IMG/VR virus record: IMGVR_UViG_3300032160_000002
Reading direction: 5' to 3' (one strand)
DNA length: 64,000 nt
From: an uncultured virus (IMG/VR IMGVR_UViG_3300032160_000002)
Taxonomy: Duplodnaviria > Heunggongvirae > Uroviricota > Caudoviricetes
The position numbers were made by a program, and so were the translations under genes. Under the pieces are notes generated by a model that worked only from the letters and a program-made list of their open reading frames with translations, made no database searches and was not told the origin of the DNA. Below are positions 38,265 through 48,000 of this stretch, in pieces (position 1 is the stretch's first letter; the number at the start of each line of letters is the position of its first letter).

Positions 38265-38378
38265 TTAGTCCCCGTGGTGGGCGCGCCAGAGTTCGGCCAG
38301 AAAGAAGCGCAAGGCCTTCCCCGCGAAGAAGCCGAGGATGCCCGCCGCGCAGCGCGCCAGAAACGTCAACTCCGTCAT
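38265..38378 (-). CDS. 37-aa hydrophobic peptide
   Basis: Read manually: MTELTFLARCAAGILGFFAGKALRFFLAELWRAHHGD. Confidence 0.4.
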   Translation of the reverse strand: MTELTFLARCAAGILGFFAGKALRFFLAELWRAHHGD

Positions 38379-38416
38379 AACGCCAAAATCGTACTACAAA
38401 CTGGAGGATTAAGCAC

Positions 38417-39007
38417 ATGGACGCACCCAAGCACGTCATTCTGTTCAGCTACGACGCCGCAACCAAGCAGCATGAACGCTACGATGCCCTGGTCATTGGC
38501 TCACGAGAGTTCGAGGATCACGACGAACCGATCCTGAATCTCGTCTACTTCCGCCACAACGATACGGCCAGCCATCATGCCTTAAACGGCGTCGATTGGG
38601 CGGACACGCTTGAAAGAATGCTGGATGTTCCGCACAAGTACGATTTACAGCAGCAGAGTTTTTACTACCTGAACGAGGGTGAGGAGAATCCGGTACCGGC
38701 GCAACCCGCAGACGAGGAAGTCGTGACCCTTCGCGAGCAGCTTAAGGATGCGCGTGAAGTGCTGGAGGAATACGACAAAGTTGTGAGCAAACTGCGGGCG
38801 GAACTCGCAGACACAACCGAAGGAAGAGACAAAGCACTGCAGGCCATCGCAGACGCCGGAAACAAATTACCGTCTGGGCCTTCTCTCGTGACGACCGAAA
38901 CCAGGCAGTACAGCGACGGATCGAGCGCCACCGGGCCAGCGCCTTTGCCGGAGCAATCGCCCGCGCAACAGGACGCAGCCGACGCAGCCAAGTCCGCCAG
39001 CGATTAA
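38417..39007 (+). CDS. hypothetical protein
   Basis: GGAGG RBS; coiled coil. Confidence 0.8.
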   Translation: MDAPKHVILFSYDAATKQHERYDALVIGSREFEDHDEPILNLVYFRHNDTASHHALNGVDWADTLERMLDVPHKYDLQQQSFYYLNEGEENPVPAQPADEEVVTLREQLKDAREVLEEYDKVVSKLRAELADTTEGRDKALQAIADAGNKLPSGPSLVTTETRQYSDGSSATGPAPLPEQSPAQQDAADAAKSASD

Positions 39008-39010
39008 TTC

Positions 39011-42000
39011 ATGGCCGATCCCTCCAGTCCGCAGTTCGAGGTGGTGGATCCACAATTTGAAGTTGTGGACCCGCCGCCTCTGACGATGAACCAGAGACGA
39101 GGAAGCTACTCGGGGGCTCCAATTCCGCCTCGACCCACACTTCCTCCCTACGATTGGCAACGCGCGATCGTGGGCGGATTGACCGATATCGTCACGGGTG
39201 GGGGAATGCCATCGAATGAAAGCGCGCCGCCACTGGGCGAACCGATGGCACAGGGCGTGCGCGAACTGGAGACGCCGGGAAAGCGGGGCACAGGAGCCTT
39301 GCGAGTCGCGGCAACTGGCACCGAAGCCTTAACACCGCTGATGGGACCGGCGGCACTGGAAAACCCTCTCTCGATCGCCCGTGGGTTGGCCGAAGGAACG
39401 GCAGCAAGCAAAGGCGTTGAGTACGGCGCAAAGAAGTTAGGCGCAACCAAAGAACAGCAGGATCTTGCCGGAAGTCTGGCATTCTGGGCGCCTGGTGTAG
39501 CACGCTCTGTCATCGATCCGCGCGTTGCCGTGGAATCGGCACCAGAAGGCACACGAGTGGGAGCTACCGTCGCCGGCGGTCGGGCCGGCGCTGGGGTACA
39601 GGTTACCCCGGAGAATATCACCGTAGCCGGGAAAGTTGGCCCGTTCTCCGGCAGCAAGACATTTACTCGCGGAGCACAACCGGCAGGACCAGGAATTGAA
39701 GCTCCGACGATTGAAGGGCAGCCGCTAACCCCAGCACCGCCGACCGATCCCGCCGCTACCGCGATCGCAGAGTATGACACCGTGATGCAGAGAGCAGGCC
39801 AAGTCGTTCGCGGGGAGCCGATTGCACCGCCGCCGCCAGCCCCGCCGCCGATTTCTGCCAGCCCCAACGCTCCGCCATCAGTAAAAGCCGGAAGCATCTC
39901 GCCCGAAGATGTCGCCCAGGTTGCGCAGACCATTGCCAAGTTGCCTCCAGAGATTCGCCCGCAAGCCATGCAGGAAGTCCATCAGACGCTGACGAAAGTT
40001 CTGATGGAGCAAGCCGCGAGCGGAAAGCCGGTCGTACTCCCGAATGGCCAGATGGCGATCATCAAAGACCCGGCCTCCGCCGAAAAAGTAGCGCTGCAGT
40101 TGATGAATGATGCGGTCAAAGATCACGACAAAGCACAGGAAGTAGCAGCCAAGGAAGCGGAGAAAGCGGCGAAAGAGGAAGCGAAGCCGACACCAGCCGC
40201 GACGACGGGAGTACGGGCCAACAGTAGGCAGAAAGCCGCAGAACTGGCACAGCCTAAGTTTGAAGTTTCGGAAGCGCCCGCACCGAAGTTTGAAGTCGTA
40301 GAACCGGAACAGAAGGTAGAATCAGGAAATGGACGACGCGAATCCCAAGGTGCATTATCTGAGAGCCGAGCTCTACCCGTGGAGCGGCCCGGACGTGAAG
40401 AAGTTAGTGGAGAACCTCAACGAAGTCCTGAGCCGAGTGTCGCGGGAGGAATTGCGGTTGCGTCTGGCGAAGCACATGGGAACGCCGGAGAGCCACCTGT
40501 TCGTGTCGGATCGGGAACTGGTGCACCAAGTGCAGGAGAATCCTCAAATATTCTTCCCGGAAATAAATCTGCCGCAGTAGCCGAACAGCAGCCCTTTACC
40601 AAAGGCGATCCGGTAACTTTCTCCCGCAACCTGCAAGTTCGGAAAGGGGAAGGCAAATCGGAGATCATCCCGGTCGGCACCAAAGCCTTTATCGAACACG
40701 CCAATCCGGGGATGAACTTCGCAAGAGTGCGGTTGACCGATGGACGAGTACAATCGGTGCCGCTGAGGAATCTGGAGAAACATGAGGAAGCCCAAGGAGC
40801 GGGTGACCGCAGCAGAGCCGCCGAAATATCTGCTCAACGAGCAGGGGGAAATGGTGGGAGTGCAGCAGGAATTGGAAATGTCGCGAGCCGACCTGCAGAA
40901 GCTGTATCCGAACGTAATCCTGCCGCCGCCGCGCAAGAAGGGGCGAGGATTACCAGCGTTGCTAAAGAGACCGCGCCCGCAGTAACTCCCGCCAAGTCCG
41001 AGTGGCAAACCCTCTTCGAGAAAGCCTCTTCCCTCCAACCCGACAAAGTAGAGTCTCTGCGCAAGATGAGTGGAGAACAGTTGCAAAGTGTCATTCAAGG
41101 ACATTCCGAGACATCCAAGAAGCCCGTCACGCCACAGGTGGAACCGTCTTACTCCTATGGTTTGCCGTCCTTTGTGGGTGCAGGGCACACCGCGAAAGCC
41201 GAGCCGGTCGCGATTCCCAAAGGCCACTGGATGAATCGCATGGATGTGGACGAAGTTGCCAATCGGTATGGGAGTCATCCGGTTCACCCGATTCTCGGCA
41301 AGGCCACGAAGTTCCTGCAACAGTTCGTCGAGGAAGTGGACAGCCACAGCGACGGCTGGCCTTACTGGCAGGCACCCGCGCACGCCGCACAGCAACTCAT
41401 GGACCTAATCCAGAGTCCGAAGCTGGCGACCGAAGAGGCTCTCGCGAAGGCGATGTCCCCGATTAAATCCTTTATGACCAAGCGCGGCACTGCGGCGGGA
41501 ATGAAGATGCCGGAGATCGCGCTGCAGGCGAAAGAAAAAGCTGCGAAAGCCCCTGAAACCGGGAGTACAATAGATTCCGAGAAACCGCATGAGCCGCTCG
41601 CAAACCAGACCGCGGGAACCGCTCGAAACCCTGAAAACTTACCCAGCGTTTCAAGCGCTGCGCGCGAAAGCGGAACAGCACCAACTTCACTTTCGACCGA
41701 AGGAAAGCGAGCGGATGAAGAAGAACGGCTCGCTGGACGACATCCTGGACAGCCGGGCGGAGAGCGCCTGGAACAGCCTGCAGGACAACCTGGCCAACGG
41801 CTCGAACCAGAAGGAAGCCGAGGAAGTGGCGCTGCCGAACATCCTGGTACGAAGCGAACAGGAGGACGAGCAGGATCGCCTCGATCAGGAGGAGCAGGAG
41901 CAGACGGCCAGCCAGTAGAATCTCCTACCCCGCAAGAGCCAGAGGAAGCCCGCACTACCACCGCCGAACTGCGCAACCAGCGCAACTTCCGTATCTCGGA

Positions 42001-45000
42001 CGAAGAAGCCGCGAAGATCGGCACCGGCGGCGAAATCTCCAAAATCAAAGGCAACCTCGATGCGCTCGAAACTCTGAAGACGATTCAGAAAGAAGGGCGC
42101 GAGATCGCGACGCCGGAAGAACAGGCCACGCTTGCGAAGTACGTTGACTTCGGCGGCCTCGTCGGAATGCTGCAGAATCACTGGAAGCCTGAGTACACCA
42201 AGCACTACGAGCGCTTCACCAGCCTACTCACTCCTGCCGAGATTCAGGAAATCCGCGAAACCCTGCCGAACACCCACTACACCAGCATGCAGATGGTCGA
42301 CTGGATGTGGAAGGCGATGCAGCGCATGGGATTCCGTGGCGGGCGAATTATCGAGCCGGGTATGGGCATCGGCAACTTCATGGGGCGGATCCCGGAGAAA
42401 ATTGCCAACCGCTCCGAACTCTACGGCGTAGAGCGCAACCCGCTCACCGGCAGCATGGCGAAGCTGCTTTATCCGGACGCAAACATTCAGGTCAAGCCAT
42501 TTCAGCACTTCCTTGTCCCGAACAACTCACTCGACGCCGCGATCGGCAACGTTCCCTTTCAGGACGTGAACATCACTGACGATCCGGTTTACAAAGACCT
42601 CAAACTGAATCTGCATAACTACTTCATCGTGAAGACGCTCGACAAGCTGAAGCCGGGCGGGATCGCCGCGCTGATCACCTCGCGCTACACCATGGACTCC
42701 GCAAAAGGCACGGGCGTTCGGGCGCGCGAGGAGATGGCAAAGCGTGCGGACCTGGTCGGTGCAATCCGCTTGCCGGATGCGGCGTTCAAGCGCACTGCTG
42801 GCACTGAAGTCGTTGCTGATCTGCTGATCTTCCAGAAACGCGATCCGAAGGTCGAACTGGAAAAGATGCCGGAATGGGTTAAGTCCGTTCCCACGAAAGT
42901 GGGCAGCGCGGAATTCCCCATCAATCAATACTTCCTCGACAATCCGAGCCACGTCTTAGGCGAGCACTCCGATCAGGGACAGATGTACCGGGCTGGCAGC
43001 TACACCGTGAAAGCGCCGAAAGATTTCGACGCAGCCCTCGCCGGCGCCGCCGATCTGGTTCCGCGCAGCATCTTCGGAAAGGTGAAAACGAACCAGCCGA
43101 GCCAGGCACCGCCGGCAACGCTCGATCCGGGCGAGATGCAATTCGCGCCGGAAGACGTGAAGCCGGGCGCATTCTTCCGAGATGCGAAAGGCGCGATCAA
43201 GATCAAGCAGGCCGGCGTCGCCGCGGACCTCCCTGAAAACCTGCGCAACGCGGCCAGTAAGGAACAGATCGGTCACGCGATCGATCTCCGCGACCAACTC
43301 AATCGCGCCATCGAAACCCAGTTGCAGACCTCCGACGATGACTCGCTGAAGGAAGAGCAAAAGAAACTGGTCGACCTCTACAACAAGTACCACAAGAAAT
43401 ATGGCCCGCTGCATGGGCCGAAGCTCGCGAAGCTCTTCGGCGATGATCCGGAGTATCCGAAACTGCTAGCGCTAGAGAACGTCGATCCGGAGACCAAGGA
43501 GATTACGCGGGCCGCGATCTTCACCAAGCGCGTACTTGCGCCCTATGAGCCTTTGCGCGATCTGCCGGATGATCCGAAATCAGCCATGCTGAAAGTGATG
43601 GCGGAGCGCGGCTACCTCGACACCGGGCTCATGGCCGGGCTTCTCAAGAAACCCGAAGCCGATGTCATCGCGAATCTGGAAAAGCAGGACCTGATCTTCC
43701 AGGATCCGCAGTCCGGCATCTACCACACTGCCGACGATTATCTTTCCGGCAACGTGCGCGAGAAGTTGAAGCTGGCCGAGCACGCGCTCGAAAGCGATGC
43801 GAAGTACGCGCGCAACGTCGAAGCGCTGAAGAAATCTCAACCGAAGCCTCTCACCATCCACGACATCCAGCCGAATCTGGGCCAGACCTGGATTCCGATG
43901 AACGTTTACAAGGGCTTTATCGCGCACCTGGCGAAGACCGGAAACATCGACGTGGAGATCAACCGCGATGCCACGGGAAAGTGGCTGGTACGGGCCGAAG
44001 GCAACAAGTTTGCTCTGCAACACGAATGGGCGGGCGGCGACATTCCCGGACACAAGCTGGTGCAGTACGCCATGAACCAGCAGCAGCCGACCGTCTACCA
44101 GAAGGACGACAAAGGTTCCGTCTCGATCGATCAGCAGGCGACAACGGCCGCGCGGGAAAAGCTGGCTGCGATCAAGGAAGAATTCCGCACCGTCCTGCGA
44201 CGTGCCAACCAATCGACCGTCGACAAGCTCGAACAGATTTATAACGACACCTTTAACGCCTACAAATTGCGGGAGTTCTCCGGAGAGCATCTTGACTTCC
44301 CCGGCATGAGCGAAGAATGGCGCGACAAGATTCGCGGCTACCAGAAAGCGGCCGTGTGGCGCATTCTGCAGGAGGGGCGCGGCGGCATCTTCCACGCGCC
44401 AGGTCTCGGCAAGACCCTGACCATGGCCGCCTCCGGCATGGAAGCGCGCCGGCTGAAGCTCTCGCGCAAGAATATGTATGCGGTGCCGAATCACATGGTT
44501 CCGCAGTGGCGCGAAGATTTCAAACGCTTTTACCCGAATGCAAACGTGCTCGCTGTCACCGACGATGATTTCACCGCCACGAACCGCGCGAAGCTGATGA
44601 GCCGTATCGCAACCGGCGACTGGGACGCTGTGATTGTGCCGCACTCCCAGTTTGATCTTTTGCCGATGTCGCCGGAGTGGGAAAAGCAGACCATCGACAA
44701 ACGCCTTGCCGACTACCGTCAGGTCCTCGAAGAGTTAGACGAGGATAACGACAAGCGCACCATCAAGCAGATCGAGAAGGCCGTCGACAAGCTGGAAGCC
44801 CGCCTCAATGAGTTGAACGCAAAGAAGAAAGACGAAGCGATCCCGTTTGACCAACTCGGCGTCGACATGCTCTTCGTCGACGAAGCCCACGCCTACAAAG
44901 CGATGGCCGTACCGAGCAAGATGGGCAATGTGGGCGGACTCTCGAATCGCGCCAGCCAGCGGGCTTTCGCGTTGGAGATGAAAGCAGACTATCTCCGCAA

Positions 45001-48000
45001 CACCCACAAGGGCCGCGGCCTGGTCTTTGGCACCGGCACCCCGATCACGAACACCGTGGGCGAACTTTATGTGATGACGAAGTATCTGGCGCCGGAGATG
45101 CTCGAAGCCGCCGGTATTCGCAGCTTCGACGACTGGGCGGCCAACTTCGCGACGACAGTGACGCAATGGGAGTATTCCCCGGATGGTGTAACCTTCAAGC
45201 CGAAGACCACGCTCTCAGAATTCGTGAACGTCCCGGAACTCTCGACCATGTTCCGCCGCTACGCGGAGTATCTCTCGAAGGAAGCAGCCAAGCAACTCTC
45301 GAACCTGAAAGAGCCCAAGGCCAACCGCAAAGACCACATGGTCACAGTGACGCCGACGCAAGAGCCGTTGCTCGAAATGATCGCCGATCGCGGAGACCAC
45401 CTCACGAAACACCCGCCGCGCACCAAGGAAGAGCGCCAAGCGGACAACTGGCTGAAGCTATCGAGCGATGCCCGCAAAATCTCGCTCGATCCGCGCCTCT
45501 ACAATCCGGAACTCCATGACGACGCGGGATCGAAGGCGAATGAAGCCGTGCAGGTGATTAAGGACACCCTCGACAAAAGTAAAGAACAACGCGGGACCGT
45601 CGTCGTGTTCTCCGACTTCTTTCAGCACATGGGAAAGGACGGCAAGCCCGATTTCAATCTCTTTGAGGACATGAAGAAAAAGCTGGTGAAGCAGGGAGTT
45701 CCCGCCGGCGAGATCGCCATCATCCACGAAGCGGCAGATAAGGAAGAAAAAGAGGCGCTATTTGCGCGCGTGCGCAGCGGGAAAGTGCGTGTACTGTTTG
45801 GTTCGACCGACAAGATGGGCATCGGCACCAACGTGCAGGACCGGCTGAAAGCGGAATTGCACCTCGATCAACCCTGGCGCCCGGACCAGGTGGAACAGCG
45901 CGAAGGCCGCATCATCCGCTCCGGCAATATGTGGGACGATGTCGACATTCACCGATTCATCGCCGAACCGGAAGAGGGAATGATCAAGCGCTGGGATCCG
46001 CAGCAGCAGAAGGAAGTGGAGAAGCCCCGCCCGCGCGCCTATGATCTGCAGATGTATCAGCAACTTTCGCGCAAAGCGAACTTTCAGGAGCAATTCCTCA
46101 CCGGCAACTACACCGGGCGAAGCATGGAGGACGTGGGCGGCGATGTAAAACTGAATTCGCAAATGTTCGAGTTGGCGAAGGCGATGGCGACCGGCAACCC
46201 CGATGCCCTGCGCAAGATCAAGGTGGAACACGATCTGCGCACCTATTCGATGCTGGAGCGCAACTTCCAGGTCGAGCGCTCGAAGAACACCCGCACCCAG
46301 CAGAACCTGGAATACCGCATCCCTGTCATCGAACAGAAAATCAAACTGCTCGATCGCGATATCGCACTGTGGAAGAAAGCGGAAGAGAACGAAGAAAAAG
46401 GAATCTCGCTGCAGGTTGGCGACAAGACGCGCCAGGGCGACGAACTGAAGACCTGGGTGGACTCCGAGCCGAACATCGCCGACCTGGTGGGCAAGCCTTT
46501 GAAGATCGGCGGCATCGCGACGGAGTTAGACGCCTCGCTCGGCCGCGAACTCAACAAAAAAACTGGCGACTGGTTTGAGACGGTACGCTATCGTTATCGG
46601 CTCGCTGGCGAGGAGCACGAAGTTCCGTTCAACTTCGAGAAGGGCGTCCACCAGGTCCGGGCGCTGCTGAATTCCTTCGCGCAACGGGCGCGCCATCTCG
46701 AAGCGATGCGGACGACGGCGGGATACGACCTGGAGCGATCCAAAGAGGACCTCACCAATATCAAGAAAGAATTGGAGCGCACTTCTCCCTACCTCGCGAA
46801 AGTGGAGGGGATGGAGAAGGAAATCGCGGAGATCAACAAGCGCCTGGGCATGACAGGCCCGGCAGAAGTGGATGAGGGCGCCGCGCCGAGCGAAGACGAA
46901 TCGGAAAAGCCGACTACGACAGGCAAAGAGAAGAAAGAAGGCATCCTCACCGGCGAATCCGGCTCCCTTGAACCTGCGAAAGCTGCCCAAGTCGTTGCCA
47001 ATGGTGCTGGCCGTGTCGGAGATTTCCTCCGCCAGGAAGTCGAAGACAACCGCCGCGCCCACGAACTGCAGTGGGATCTGTACGACCTCGACAAACGCCA
47101 TGAAGGGCGTGTCCTACGCGCAAAGCAACTTCTTGAAGGTCTGCAAGCCGATGGAGTGACGCAGGAAGACCGGCGCGCGATCGATGATCACCTCGACGCG
47201 CTGCAAGCCGACTCCGATTCTGTTCCCGTGCCGCCGCTCACTGAGAAGCAGGACCGAATCCTGGATGACGTACTCATGCCCATGAAGGCCGAAGCAGAGG
47301 AAGCCTTCAAGAAAGTCACCGGCGCCGGCATGACCATTCCGAACTACAACCCGCGGCAGACCAAAGGCCGCGGGGGAATGCTCGACCGATTCCTCACTCC
47401 AGAAGGGGAGAAGCGCACCGGGCGCGGCAACACCCTCTCCACCGCGAATCCAGCGAGCAAACATCGGGTGATGATGGCGCTCGAAAACCAAGGCAAGCGC
47501 ATCGTGGTCTCGCTGAAGGGCGGCCAGGTCACCGCCTGGGACCATGGCACCCCAGAAAACCTAGGGCCAATCCTGCACACCGACGAAGGCCGGGAATTCC
47601 TCGACAAGGATGACAACATCTGGACGCTGAAGCAGGCGACCAAAGACGAAATCGAAGAACACACGGGAGTCGAGTATTATCACGACGCGGCCGCTTCCAC
47701 GATCGTGAACTGGCTGCAGGCGAAGAAAGCCGAAGCCGCGCACGATTTCCTGGAGAAGTTCAAAGGCGATCCCGAATTCAAGCAGATCGCAGTCCCAACC
47801 GACGCCGGCAATCCTCCAAAGGGCTGGCGAACCACCAACCTGCCGCAGATGAAAGGCTACTACTTCGAGCCGCACACGGCAGAAGTGCTCGACTGGTTCA
47901 ACGACCGGCTGAAATCCGGGAACCCCAACGCCTTCGATTCGATCAACTCCTACATGCGCATGAAGATCCTGCTGAACCCGATCAAGCACCCACTGAACGT

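Noticed and set aside
43580..44644. Long minus-strand ORFs (also 735-1970, 22878-24005, 33209-34294)
   Set aside because: In exact codon register with real plus-strand genes and without motifs; typical shadow ORFs of GC-rich coding DNA, unlike the out-of-register HNH in the intein
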